IMG/VR virus record: IMGVR_UViG_2778261164_000001
Span: 1-64,000 of that record
Direction: 5' to 3' (one strand)
DNA length: 64,000 nt
Origin: a virus
Taxonomy: Duplodnaviria > Heunggongvirae > Uroviricota > Caudoviricetes
Below the pieces are notes generated by a model, which was not told the DNA's origin, made no database searches, and was given only the letters and a program-made list of their open reading frames with translations. Every line of letters starts with the position of its first letter. Within the stretch, counting starts at the first letter, position 1. A program made the translations under genes and the position numbers. Shown here piece after piece: positions 32,057-41,950 of the stretch.

Positions 32057-32635
32057 ATGTTGCGCTTTACTGAGGAAGAGTTTCAGGCTTTTAGTGAGCG
32101 TCGAAATAAGGGGCGGTCCAGGCCAAAAACCAAAAAGGATCCATTCTTATCGCTTGCGCCGGTAAAAGAAGTTTCTCCACATGCGAAGGCACTTGCAGCA
32201 CTGGCAAAAAATCCTGATCTGCGAGTAGGAAATTGCGAGCACTACGAACAGGTTTTCATTTTTGATTACTTCGAGCGCAATTACCCTGAAATTTATGAGC
32301 TGTTGCATGCAACGCCTAACGGAGGGAAGCGTTCAAAAGCAACCGCCGGGAAAATGAAGGCTGAAGGGCAGAAAAAAGGTTATCCGGACATGAGTCTCGA
32401 TAAAGCATGCGGTATTTATCACGGCATGCGAATTGAGCTTAAAGAACCAAATGGTAAAGCCCCGACGAAAGAGCAGATCGCCTGGATGCGCAGGCTTAGA
32501 GAGGAAGGGTACTACGTCGTTCTTGCGTATGGTGCAGAACAAGCGATAACCGCCATCCTGGAATACATAAGCCTTAAAAAGGGTGAGGCTATTGAGCATG
32601 TATTGAACGGCGACAAGTGGTTGCATGCTGCTTAA
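32057..32635 (+). CDS. VRR-NUC domain nuclease
   Basis: 192 aa; HATPNGG...GYPDMSL...ELK pattern typical of VRR-NUC (PD-(D/E)xK) domains. Confidence 0.55.
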   Translation: MLRFTEEEFQAFSERRNKGRSRPKTKKDPFLSLAPVKEVSPHAKALAALAKNPDLRVGNCEHYEQVFIFDYFERNYPEIYELLHATPNGGKRSKATAGKMKAEGQKKGYPDMSLDKACGIYHGMRIELKEPNGKAPTKEQIAWMRRLREEGYYVVLAYGAEQAITAILEYISLKKGEAIEHVLNGDKWLHAA

Positions 32636-32831
32636 AATAATAAATTAATTAGTGCATATCTACTCTTTGTGGTAGTGCGCCTTAACATCGGGAGAATAAT
32701 CGTGTCATCCAAGGTTAATTATGAGTCGCTGGCATCGGTCATGCCGCGTAATGAACAGGAAACAGATGCTGTAGTGGACCCTGTAATCGCTGAAATGAAT
32801 GCTCGCCTGGAGGCTGAATTTGCAGCTGAGA

Positions 32832-33461
32832 ATGAACATACCACCCAGGGCGACTAGGACTGTTTTTTGTGTCGGTAGCGGTCCTTCACTCACTCGTGAG
32901 GACTGTGCTGCTATAGAAAAAACTGGCTGTTCAATCATCGCGGTTAACAATTCCTGGCAGATGTTCGATGACATTTATGCCTTATACGCCGGTGATTTGT
33001 CATGGTGGAAGCAATACGGTTCCACCATACCGGGAGGGAGGTTCCGCAAAGTGACAGCCAACCTGGCAGCGGCGAAATCATTTTCGTTGGAGTACAGGCG
33101 ATATTGTGGACCGGCGGAAGGGGTAAATAGCGGCGCGCAGGCTATCAGTCTGGCGGCTGAATCAGGGGCTGAAGTAGTTGTATTAGTCGGCTATGACTGT
33201 TCTCTGCAAAACGGCCTTCATTGGCATGGGGCGCACCCTCAAGCACTACGGAATCCAACGCAGGTATCTATTTCAAAATGGCAACAGCAGTTCCTGGATA
33301 CCCGCAAAAAACACGCAGATTTACATATTTTGAATGCAAGTAGGAGCAGTGCAATTCAATGTTTCCCAAGAATAAATTTAGAGGCAGTGATCGCGTTATT
33401 ATCGTCGGCAGTGGCCCAAGCGCCGCAAACTTTGTTGCGCCGCGCGGAGTGCCGATTATAG
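32832..33461 (+). CDS. Rossmann-like protein with GSGPS motif (paralog A)
   Basis: ATG at 32832 (ORF-track start 32799 is the alternative); VGSGPSL...IIAVN...LVGYD motifs; paralog of the next ORF. Confidence 0.45.
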   Translation: MNIPPRATRTVFCVGSGPSLTREDCAAIEKTGCSIIAVNNSWQMFDDIYALYAGDLSWWKQYGSTIPGGRFRKVTANLAAAKSFSLEYRRYCGPAEGVNSGAQAISLAAESGAEVVVLVGYDCSLQNGLHWHGAHPQALRNPTQVSISKWQQQFLDTRKKHADLHILNASRSSAIQCFPRINLEAVIALLSSAVAQAPQTLLRRAECRL

Positions 33462-33985
33462 CGGTCAATGGGGCCATCGACTGGCTTAACCGCGCTTCTT
33501 ATTTTTTCACACTTGATCCATCGCCAGACAATATGCGGCGCGTTGGTCGTGGCCGCCGTCGCCGTGGTGTTTGTTATTGCATGGCACTACCCGATGTTAA
33601 AGAACGTGAAGTCAGAGATGGCGTTCTGTGCTTCCGTCGTGTGGCTGAACGCGGCACGGAGCCAAAAAATACGAATTCTCCCGAGTGGTGGGCGTGGCGC
33701 TGGTCCGCACATTTCGGCCTTTGCGAAGATGAGAATGAAATTGCCAGCGGCAATAGTGCATATGGTGCTCTGAACCTGGCTTTCCATATCGGATTCAAAC
33801 ATGTAGCCCTGGTGGGCGTTGACGCTACGCAAGAACCACGCGTTCACTCCGGCGGCACGCCAAAAAATCTAAGTCACCTGCCTTTGTTATTCCAGTCTGC
33901 GCGTGAACAGATTGACGTTGTTTCATGCGGGAAAATGGGAGGTATTCCGCAGATGACTCTTAAAGAATGGCTGAAGAATACATGA
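33359..33985 (+). CDS. Rossmann-like protein with GSGPS motif (paralog B)
   Basis: VGSGPSA...IIAVN...LVGVD; overlaps paralog A by about 100 nt. Confidence 0.45.
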   Translation: MFPKNKFRGSDRVIIVGSGPSAANFVAPRGVPIIAVNGAIDWLNRASYFFTLDPSPDNMRRVGRGRRRRGVCYCMALPDVKEREVRDGVLCFRRVAERGTEPKNTNSPEWWAWRWSAHFGLCEDENEIASGNSAYGALNLAFHIGFKHVALVGVDATQEPRVHSGGTPKNLSHLPLLFQSAREQIDVVSCGKMGGIPQMTLKEWLKNT

Positions 33986-34659
33986 TGGCACCCACAATTT
34001 ATCACCGTATCGACGGTACCAAATACAGGAATGTCTGGGTTGTTGGTGATCTGCATGGTTGCTACACCAGACTGATGTCCGAACTCCATCGTGTGGATTT
34101 TGACCCGGCGCAGGATTTACTGATATCGGTCGGCGACCTTATCGATCGCGGTACTGAAAATGTCGAATGTCTGGAACTATTGCAGATGCCCTGGTTCAGG
34201 GCAGTGATGGGGAACCATGAGCGGTTGATGCTCGATGCGTTAAGTCCTGATGGCAACGTGAATAACTGGCTAATGAATGGTGGACAATGGTTCTTCATGT
34301 TGGACACTGATCAGGAAATATTAGCCAGGGTGCTGGTGGAGCTGGTAAGACGTCTGCCCTATATCATTGAGTTGAACACCGGGCAAGAAACTATCGTTAT
34401 AGCCCATGCCGACTATCCGGATAATGAATATCAATTCGGTAAGGAGGTGCCGCTTTTCAACGTTGTCTGGGCGCGCGAGCGTATCAGTGATTCGATGGAT
34501 GATATTGGTGGCGAAATTTCTGGCGCAGATCGTTTTATCTTTGGTCACACTCCGGTGAAAAGCCCGAAGACATTCTGGAATCAGCATTATATCGACACTG
34601 GTGCCGTATTTTGCGGAAACCTGACATTGATGAAAGTGAAAGGTGATGGTGCAGCATGA
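33967..34659 (+). CDS. ppp: Ser/Thr protein phosphatase (lambda-PPase-like metallophosphatase)
   Basis: GDLHGC, GDLIDRG and GNHE metallophosphatase motifs; likely true start at MMAPTIY a few codons into the ORF. Confidence 0.75.
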   Translation: MAEEYMMAPTIYHRIDGTKYRNVWVVGDLHGCYTRLMSELHRVDFDPAQDLLISVGDLIDRGTENVECLELLQMPWFRAVMGNHERLMLDALSPDGNVNNWLMNGGQWFFMLDTDQEILARVLVELVRRLPYIIELNTGQETIVIAHADYPDNEYQFGKEVPLFNVVWARERISDSMDDIGGEISGADRFIFGHTPVKSPKTFWNQHYIDTGAVFCGNLTLMKVKGDGAA

Positions 34660-35357
34660 AGATTGCTTTAGTTCTTCGCTCTGGTGGTGACTATAACGCT
34701 TCCGATGTGCAGTGGCTGGTTAATCAACTGCCAAAAGGCTATGAAATTATTTGCCTGACAGACCTGAAGCGTTTACATGTACCTGGCGTCAAAGTTGTCC
34801 CATTGATCAACCAGTGGCAAAAGTGCCGTGGCTGGTGGGCGAAAATCGAGTTGTTCCGACCGGATATAACCGATGATCTGTTCTATCTGGATTTGGACAC
34901 AGTTATTGCCGGTGATATACGCCCAATCCTTGAGAATCCACCAACCAGCTTCACCATGCTTAGGGATTTTTACCATCCACAATATCGTGGTAGCGGTGCC
35001 CTGTGGATACCAAATAGTGTAAAAGCACATATCTGGAGTTCATTCTGGCAAGATCCGGAAGGTTGGATTTCTCGTTGTGTCACTACTGAGTGCTGGGGTG
35101 ATCAGGGGTTCTTACGGAAGGTTATGGGCGATGATACACCAGCATTTCAGGATCTGTATCCAGGATGGTTTGTAAGTTACAAGGCCGATGTTGTGGAACC
35201 TGGTTCAAAATATGCGAGCGCGCGTTACTCCAGGGGGAATGGGACATTACCAAAGGACTGCCGAATAATCTTTTTCCACGGCAAACCGCGGCCTCGCGAA
35301 GTGTCAGAGGATTGGCTTCCCCTCATTAGCTCGTTTTTTGAGCGAGAATCAGAATAA
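34656..35357 (+). CDS. hypothetical protein
   Basis: 233-aa ORF, start overlaps ppp stop. Confidence 0.45.
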   Translation: MKIALVLRSGGDYNASDVQWLVNQLPKGYEIICLTDLKRLHVPGVKVVPLINQWQKCRGWWAKIELFRPDITDDLFYLDLDTVIAGDIRPILENPPTSFTMLRDFYHPQYRGSGALWIPNSVKAHIWSSFWQDPEGWISRCVTTECWGDQGFLRKVMGDDTPAFQDLYPGWFVSYKADVVEPGSKYASARYSRGNGTLPKDCRIIFFHGKPRPREVSEDWLPLISSFFERESE

Positions 35358-35358
35358 T

Positions 35359-35375
35359 ATTGCTCTAATAATTCC
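35359..35375 (+). promoter_or_regulatory. C1 operator-like 17-mer (ATTGCTCTAATAATTCC)
   Basis: Core TTGCTCTAATAA conserved; directly after stop codon of the preceding gene. Confidence 0.5.
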
Positions 35376-35384
35376 ATATTTTTA

Positions 35385-35413
35385 AAACGTGATGTACACT
35401 CATCACGTTTTTT
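35385..35413 (+). terminator. rho-independent terminator (CGTGATG-tacact-CATCACG plus T-run)
   Basis: Perfect 7-bp stem flanked by A-run and T-run (bidirectional potential). Confidence 0.6.
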
Positions 35414-35424
35414 ATTAGAGCAAT
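35408..35424 (-). promoter_or_regulatory. C1 operator-like 17-mer in inverted orientation
   Basis: Reverse complement reads GATTGCTCTAATAAAAA; forms an inverted pair with the operator at 35359. Confidence 0.45.
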
Positions 35425-35438
35425 CTATAAGGTGCACT

Positions 35439-35657
35439 ATGTGGCCATTCCGACGGAAATATCACTACTGGCTGATCGCCTTTGTTACGCCGACCGGCGG
35501 TATCAGGCATGTCATCACCAGGTATCGCAACAAGAGACTCACCTTAGCCAGAATTTTACAGGCTGCCATAGGTGAGGGACTGGATACAAATTGCGTAGTC
35601 CTTCCTCCTTCATACTTAGGAAAAATGACCGAAGCACAAGCTAATACGGAACTTTGA
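35439..35657 (+). CDS. small hypothetical protein
   Basis: 72-aa ORF with TAAGGTG RBS. Confidence 0.35.
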   Translation: MWPFRRKYHYWLIAFVTPTGGIRHVITRYRNKRLTLARILQAAIGEGLDTNCVVLPPSYLGKMTEAQANTEL

Positions 35658-35658
35658 A

Positions 35659-36921
35659 ATGAGCACTTCAGCACAAAACCAATCAATCGAAAATGTATCT
35701 ATTCCTGATGTCCTGAATGCCGGTATTCCGGCCATTATCCAGAACATCCGGGCCGCGCAACGCCGCGTTAGTTGTGATGACCTCACAGCACGTTTTTTTG
35801 ATAATGCGGTTCAGTCAGCGGAGATGCTTCACGCACAGCTTATTGATGTTTATAACGCAGAAGCTGATAGCCATAACTCCCTGGTAGATGCAGCTGAAAA
35901 TATGCAGTTGGATCTCGGTCTGAAGGGTAAAGAAATTGAAGAGCTTCAGCTGGAAATTGAACATTTGAAACGCCAGCAACAGGACGCGATCGAAGATGCG
36001 ACGCATGACGCCAACCAGCGTGCTGATAATGCCGAACGTATAAGCATTGAGCTGGAAACAAAACTCAATGAAATGACCGCGATGGTTGTGCTGCGGAACT
36101 CACAGATTTCAACTCTAAAATCTCAATATAAAGAGATCATGAAACTTGATCCTTTTAACCTTGAGAAACGCTATAACAAAGCTAAAAGCGAGCGACAGGA
36201 ACTGCGTAAGCAGGTCGCCGACCTTAACCAACAGCTCAAAAAAACTATTAAAGATGCAAGCGAGGCGCGCGTGGCATTTGCTAATAAAAAAGCAGAGGTT
36301 ACCGCGCTGGTTAATGAGAATGCCAAATTTGCGACGCTCAAGAAGGAAATGTATGGCATTACTGAGCGCCGTTTCCCTGCAAGCAAACTTCATCCGACGT
36401 TAGGGCAAATCTCCTTCTTCCCGCGCCTCCTGGCTTATGGGATCTCATCGCCTAAAGAGTTCAATAACGAGCGTCCTTATATCGTTTCTAAGCTGGACTT
36501 TGCTTATCAGTTCTGCTGCGACATGGGCTATGCCATTGATATCCGAATCAACGAATGGTTGATGCCAAACTTCCAGCCGTTGGCAATTTTCCGCGAGTTC
36601 CAGCCGGAAGGTTGGGTAGAGTTCTTCCATGAATTGATCTGTAAAGAAATGGAAAGCCGCCGCCCGGAATTGGTCCGTCGAGTTGAGTGGGCGCAAGAGG
36701 TTATGTTGGCAGATGCAGAGCTGCCGTTCGAACCGGAATTCATTGATGATCTGGCAACTAAAGGGTTGCATACCCTGTTTGATGTGGTTACCCGCCGTCA
36801 TGAGCAGTTGGTTGTCGAATTGGGTTTAGAGAAAACAGCGGCAAGAAGACTTCTTGATGTTTGCTATGCACGTAGCGATGCATGGGAAAAAGAGAACGGC
36901 GGCACTATTTACGTTCGCTGA
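35659..36921 (+). CDS. coiled-coil protein of unknown function
   Basis: 420 aa; long charged heptad-like stretch. Confidence 0.5.
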   Translation: MSTSAQNQSIENVSIPDVLNAGIPAIIQNIRAAQRRVSCDDLTARFFDNAVQSAEMLHAQLIDVYNAEADSHNSLVDAAENMQLDLGLKGKEIEELQLEIEHLKRQQQDAIEDATHDANQRADNAERISIELETKLNEMTAMVVLRNSQISTLKSQYKEIMKLDPFNLEKRYNKAKSERQELRKQVADLNQQLKKTIKDASEARVAFANKKAEVTALVNENAKFATLKKEMYGITERRFPASKLHPTLGQISFFPRLLAYGISSPKEFNNERPYIVSKLDFAYQFCCDMGYAIDIRINEWLMPNFQPLAIFREFQPEGWVEFFHELICKEMESRRPELVRRVEWAQEVMLADAELPFEPEFIDDLATKGLHTLFDVVTRRHEQLVVELGLEKTAARRLLDVCYARSDAWEKENGGTIYVR

Positions 36922-36993
36922 TAGTTACAGTGTCACTTTTAATGCTGGTGGAGTGCGCCCACCAGCATTTTTTTCGTCCAATGAGGAGGGCAT

Positions 36994-37500
36994 TTGAGTA
37001 TTTTCAATAAACACGCACGCCAGGAACGTCCGTACATCGTCATAGTAGATATTGATGGGACGATATCAGAGGCAACGGAAGACAGGCTGCATTTGCTTCC
37101 ACCACCAGGTAAAGGTGCATTAACAAAGGACTGGAACGAGTTTAATCTCGCCTGTGACACCGATACTCCCATCACTCCAGTTATTGATATGGTGCGCCAG
37201 TTATTTAACGTTTACACGGTCTGGTTTGTAACCGGGCGCTGTGAGATCGCAAGGGATAAAACACGAGCTTGGCTGCGGAAGTACGTAACAAACGGGGCTG
37301 AGCCTTTGCTATCTATGCGTCCTGCCACCGATGACAGAAATGACGGCCCAGCAAAGATTGATCTCCTTAAGAAAATTGGTCTAAGTAAAATTGCGTTCGC
37401 GCTGGAAGATAAGATTGAAGTGGCGCGTGTTTTCAGGAGACACGGCGTACTTACGTTAATGGTCAGGGAGTATGAAAATGCGCTTCTCCATCAGCAATAA
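36994..37500 (+). CDS. HAD-superfamily phosphatase-like protein
   Basis: IVIVDIDGT motif near N-terminus (HAD motif I DxDGT); 168 aa. Confidence 0.55.
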   Translation: MSIFNKHARQERPYIVIVDIDGTISEATEDRLHLLPPPGKGALTKDWNEFNLACDTDTPITPVIDMVRQLFNVYTVWFVTGRCEIARDKTRAWLRKYVTNGAEPLLSMRPATDDRNDGPAKIDLLKKIGLSKIAFALEDKIEVARVFRRHGVLTLMVREYENALLHQQ

Positions 37501-37516
37501 TTGCTCTAATAAATCT
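37500..37516 (+). promoter_or_regulatory. C1 operator-like 17-mer (ATTGCTCTAATAAATCT)
   Basis: One mismatch to consensus; overlaps stop of the HAD-like gene. Confidence 0.6.
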
Positions 37517-37694
37517 TGATTTTTAAAACAGAGAAAGTGAAAATAAAAACATGCCGCAAGACGCGGCATGTATCCAATCAATCACAGGAGCTGAAAATAT
37601 GAACACGGCATTCAAAATCATTATGGCCGCGATCTATTTCTGGCTGTTCTCTATCACTTTTGGCGGCATCGTCGCACATGGGTAAGGGGGATGC

Positions 37695-38420
37695 ATGAAA
37701 GGCGAAGTGAAAGAGCGCGGCATGATTTTCAACGATGAGATGGTCCGGGCCATCCTCGAAGGAAGGAAAACGCAGACGCGGCGGATAATGAAAAATCAGC
37801 CTGCGGAAGTTGGTCCAGAAGCACCAGTGATGGTTAGAAAAATTGGTGCAGGTTTTCAGTGGTACGGGGCTGATGGTGTAAGCAGTGTTTTCAATTGCCC
37901 CTTTGGTATCGTCGGCGATCGAATTTGGGTTCGTGAAACATGGGCGATATTAGGCAATGAGGATGGTTGCAGTGTGGACTGGAACGACAACCTTTGTCGT
38001 GGCGATGAGAAGAACGCAGCAAGGATTTATCGGGCCAGTTGCGAGCAAAAACCTGGTGATTACGGCTTATGGTCGATACCCGATGATGCCGACTGGAAAC
38101 CTCACACTGTGAATGAAAAGTTTGATGGTGGGTGGCGTCCATCAATTCACATGCCGCGATGGGCATCACGCATCCTGTTGGAAATTACCAACGTGCGCGT
38201 TGAGCGGTTGAACGATATCAGCGAATGCGATGCAAGGGATGAGGGCGTTCCGCCTGCTGGAAGTTTGCTTCCTGATCACCCGGGAACATTCCTTACTCCC
38301 AAGGGGGATTTCGCAATGGCCAAGGTTGCGTTCCAGCGCCTGTGGGAATCCATCTACGGCGAAGAAAGCTGGAGTGCTAATCCCTGGGTTTGGGTAATCG
38401 AGTTTGAGCGTATTCAGTAG
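37695..38420 (+). CDS. hypothetical protein, possible ASCH-like domain
   Basis: 241 aa; N-terminal MIFNDEMVRAILEGRKTQTRR pattern; start may be 37722. Confidence 0.4.
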   Translation: MKGEVKERGMIFNDEMVRAILEGRKTQTRRIMKNQPAEVGPEAPVMVRKIGAGFQWYGADGVSSVFNCPFGIVGDRIWVRETWAILGNEDGCSVDWNDNLCRGDEKNAARIYRASCEQKPGDYGLWSIPDDADWKPHTVNEKFDGGWRPSIHMPRWASRILLEITNVRVERLNDISECDARDEGVPPAGSLLPDHPGTFLTPKGDFAMAKVAFQRLWESIYGEESWSANPWVWVIEFERIQ

Positions 38421-38429
38421 GGCGAGCGT

Positions 38430-38651
38430 ATGCAATCAGTTATTTGTGAGGAAGTCGGCCTGAATAAAGCATCCCCAGCAGAGTTAAGAACAAGTCTCGA
38501 AATGGCGCATAGCCTTGCTCAAATTGGTGTCAGGTTTGTACCAATTCCAGTTGAAACAGATGAAGAATTTCACAGGTTAGCGGCATCGGCAGCACAAAAG
38601 CTGGAAATCATGGCAGCGAAAGTAGAGAAAGCTGAAGGAGCGACAAAATGA
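38430..38651 (+). CDS. small hypothetical protein
   Basis: 73-aa ORF in operon. Confidence 0.35.
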   Translation: MQSVICEEVGLNKASPAELRTSLEMAHSLAQIGVRFVPIPVETDEEFHRLAASAAQKLEIMAAKVEKAEGATK

Positions 38652-38863
38652 GCAAGCCAACCGACGAAGAAATAGTTCGGGTGTTGGAAGAACACGGGCG
38701 CTGTATGACTTACGTCGTGACCAACTGGCTTAGGGATAAATATCGCACACTCAAAACGGCATACGTTTTGCGTCGTCTAAAGAAACTGGAGTTCGACGGG
38801 AAAGTAAAGCGCGTTAACAGTTCTTATATAAGACAAATTTGCTGGGAGGCATCCAGTGAGTAA
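38648..38863 (+). CDS. small putative DNA-binding protein (winged-helix-like)
   Basis: 71 aa, basic, start overlaps preceding stop. Confidence 0.35.
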   Translation: MSKPTDEEIVRVLEEHGRCMTYVVTNWLRDKYRTLKTAYVLRRLKKLEFDGKVKRVNSSYIRQICWEASSE

Positions 38864-39500
38864 CCGTTTTTACATGATGTGCTTGCGTGAAACTGTGGGT
38901 AATAACGCCTCATTCCATTGCCATAACGGCAATGGTTACAGTTCTGATATCGATCGCGCTCATGTTTACACGCTGGAAGAAGCCCAAAAAGCCTGGAATT
39001 GTGGGCGAGATATCGATCAGCCTGTTTGTGCCGATAGTGTGGATGCAATGGCTGTGTGGCACGTTGATTGCCAGTACATCCCTACAGAAAGCCTGATTGA
39101 GTCAGATTGCACTGAGTATGTGGCCTACAAAAAAGGTAGCTGGAACGGCAACGATGTTTACTGGCTTCAACACGGTGGATTGCCAACAGATGACTTCAGT
39201 AAAGCGACCATCTTTAGCGTCGTCAACAAAAACGAACCAGGAATAGTTTGGTTGCCATTTTCCATTGCTGATGCAGCAAAGCGCCGGACGTTCAATATCA
39301 ATAACTTTAACCGCAGAACAATGGTTCAGGGCGCAGGTTTGGTCATGCCTGACTGGTTGAAAGAGCAGAACAGAAGAAAGAAGTCGCGAAGCGGGAAGGT
39401 GCGTTGGAATTGTCCGCATTGCGGAAAAATAACCTGGCAGTACAGCCCATATGATTTTGAAGGCTGTAGTGATTACAACTGTGAAGGATGGCGAGAATGA
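38856..39500 (+). CDS. Cys-rich hypothetical protein
   Basis: 214 aa with C-terminal CPHCGK...C-x4-C (zinc-ribbon-like). Confidence 0.45.
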   Translation: MSNRFYMMCLRETVGNNASFHCHNGNGYSSDIDRAHVYTLEEAQKAWNCGRDIDQPVCADSVDAMAVWHVDCQYIPTESLIESDCTEYVAYKKGSWNGNDVYWLQHGGLPTDDFSKATIFSVVNKNEPGIVWLPFSIADAAKRRTFNINNFNRRTMVQGAGLVMPDWLKEQNRRKKSRSGKVRWNCPHCGKITWQYSPYDFEGCSDYNCEGWRE

Positions 39501-40150
39501 CAATTGACTATCAGGTACTGCGTGAGGCGGCAGAAAAGGCAACACCAGACGAATGGGTCGCATTTATTTCGACGGATACTGGTACTTATGCGGTGCACAC
39601 GCCCGGTGATGAACGATGTGAAGACGTTATCAAATGGACCGGCTTTGATGGACAGAAAAATGCAGAGAACAACGCTCGTCATGTTGCCGCGTTCAACCCA
39701 AAGGTTGCACTGGAGCTGCTTGGTGAAATTAAGTGCTTGGAGGACACAAATATTGATGCCACGTGCCGAATTTCAGAGCTTGAGACTAATCTCGCTGCGC
39801 TGGTGGCAGAGAACGCTGGGCTGAAACACGCAATGGCCGTAACTCTTGAGCATGTGTCGGTCACGGATGCAGGGCAGGCCGGAGTTGCTGCAATGATTAT
39901 CAACGATGCCCTGCACCACAGCGAAACTCCAGCTACCGATGCTTTCCTGTCTGAAGTGCGGGCGCAGGGGGTGGATGCTGCTATAGAAGCTGCAAAAAAT
40001 CTGGTGGCCCAAGAATATGAGTATAAGGATTTCAAAGCGGCGCAGAGTGATTGCTGTATGCACCCTGGTTCAGACCTGGTAGGGAAGGTTGAAATGACTG
40101 AGTGGTTAGTTGACTTTGCTGCCCAGCTTCGCAAAGGAGGCAACCAGTGA
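39488..40150 (+). CDS. hypothetical protein, tandem paralog 1
   Basis: N-terminus MARMTIDYQVLREAAEKATP shared with next ORF. Confidence 0.45.
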   Translation: MARMTIDYQVLREAAEKATPDEWVAFISTDTGTYAVHTPGDERCEDVIKWTGFDGQKNAENNARHVAAFNPKVALELLGEIKCLEDTNIDATCRISELETNLAALVAENAGLKHAMAVTLEHVSVTDAGQAGVAAMIINDALHHSETPATDAFLSEVRAQGVDAAIEAAKNLVAQEYEYKDFKAAQSDCCMHPGSDLVGKVEMTEWLVDFAAQLRKGGNQ

Positions 40151-40899
40151 GCGAAATTAATTACCAGGCACTGCGTGAGGCGGCGGAACGTGCAATTCCA
40201 GCAATGGAACGCCTGTTAATGTTGCCAGCTGATGATGATTTGTTAAGTGAACAGGAACTTAAAGATTACGGTGTGGATATTGATGCGCTCAACGCCTTCA
40301 AATTTCTGACCGGACCAGAAACCGTGCTGGCGCTGCTGGATGAACGGGAAAGAAACCAGCAATACATAAAACGCCGCGATCAGGAGAACGAGGATATTGC
40401 GCTAACGGTAGGGAAGCTGAGAGTTGAGCTTGAGGAAGTAAAACAACACGCTGAAGAATTATCCGAAACCAAGGCTGTTCGTAACCAATGGCGGCCAGAT
40501 ATTTGCCCAATAACCGGACGTGCATTTTTCATGTGGATTGAGCATCCAACATTGGGAAATGTGCCGACATATGGTGGCCCATTAGATAGTTACACCATTC
40601 CAACAAAGGACGGTGACGGTGAGTTTTCATGTGAGCGTTACGATCATGATTTTGGCGGTTGGGTAGAAAGCGAATGTCTTGGGTTATATCTGATTGATGA
40701 TAGAGAACAATGCAGGGTCTACGAACTGGAGGAACGCGTTAAGGAACTGGATGCTCGGGAAATATCGCTCCCGGAACGTAGCAGCATGCTTCATCGAACA
40801 GATTTTCACGATGATTACCAAACGGTAATGGCATACAAAGTTTCTGAAGTCATCGCTGCAATCCGCGCCGCAGGCATTCGCATCAAAGGAGGTGAGTAA
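40147..40899 (+). CDS. hypothetical protein, tandem paralog 2
   Basis: N-terminus MSEINYQALREAAERAIP; start overlaps previous stop. Confidence 0.45.
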   Translation: MSEINYQALREAAERAIPAMERLLMLPADDDLLSEQELKDYGVDIDALNAFKFLTGPETVLALLDERERNQQYIKRRDQENEDIALTVGKLRVELEEVKQHAEELSETKAVRNQWRPDICPITGRAFFMWIEHPTLGNVPTYGGPLDSYTIPTKDGDGEFSCERYDHDFGGWVESECLGLYLIDDREQCRVYELEERVKELDAREISLPERSSMLHRTDFHDDYQTVMAYKVSEVIAAIRAAGIRIKGGE

Positions 40900-41434
40900 T
40901 GCGTGTGGCATGTATCGGCTTGTTACCGTACCCGACTCGTTTTTGGGCTTCTGCGCTAATTGCAAAGCCGTATGTCCTGATGGCTGACAACATCATCCCG
41001 GCACCAAAGCGCCGCCATACCGGTATTGCAGCGGCACGACGAGCAGCAAAGAGACGCAGGAGAGCAAAGCGATGAAAAACCGTAAGGCAAAACGACTTTT
41101 TTTACAGCGACCTGTGCGTGTGGTGGAGCTGGTTATTAGCAACCATAAGATAGCGGTACTCCATCCATTTGGTCAGGTGGCTTTTGCCGCAAAGCGTAAG
41201 CCTACTGCGTCACAGAACAGGCGGAAGAAAGGGTACGCTGTAAGATGAAAAACCGTAAAGCAAAGATTCTGTTAGTTCGTAGAAACGCTCCTGGCGTCTG
41301 GCAGTGGGTGAGACTCAGCAACCGACGGATGGGGTTGATGAAATATTACGGGATGATGGATTGTGGTTTTTGCAAAAAGCCCAGCGCGGCGCAAAACCGC
41401 TGGAAAAACCACTTGCGCACTAAAGGAGAGTGAT

Positions 41435-41950
41435 ATGGCGTTAACACACCGCGAACTCTGTCAGATTGCGTATAAGTTCCTTAAGCGCAACGGGTTCAAG
41501 GTTTGTTTTCATGACCGCTTTATAGCTGTAACCAGTACCGGAGAACAGCCAGATGCTATGGGATTCAGAAATTCAGCATCATGCCTGATAGAGGCGAAGT
41601 GTTCTCGTGCTGACTTGTTGGCAGATAGAAAAAAGCGTTTTCGTAAAAATCCATCTCTTGGAATGGGCGACTGGCGATTCTTTATTAGTGAGCCGGGAAT
41701 TATTTCAGTTGAGGATTTACCACCTGGCTGGGGATTACTTCACGTTGTTAACGGAAGAGTACGGAAAGTACATGGGTGGCCCAAGGGTAATTGCTGTTGG
41801 GGTAATCCTGACGATAAGCCATTTACTGGAAATAAGCAGGTTGAATGCGATTACATGTTATCTGCATTAAGGCGCATGGAGTTGAGAGGGCACCTTAATG
41901 AAATATATGACGGTGTAATTGTTAATAAGAAAGAAGGAAACGCGGCATGA
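41435..41950 (+). CDS. putative PD-(D/E)xK-type nuclease-fold protein
   Basis: ATG at 41435 with AAGGAGAG RBS; GEQPD...IEAKCS pattern suggests a PD-(D/E)xK core. Confidence 0.4.
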   Translation: MALTHRELCQIAYKFLKRNGFKVCFHDRFIAVTSTGEQPDAMGFRNSASCLIEAKCSRADLLADRKKRFRKNPSLGMGDWRFFISEPGIISVEDLPPGWGLLHVVNGRVRKVHGWPKGNCCWGNPDDKPFTGNKQVECDYMLSALRRMELRGHLNEIYDGVIVNKKEGNAA

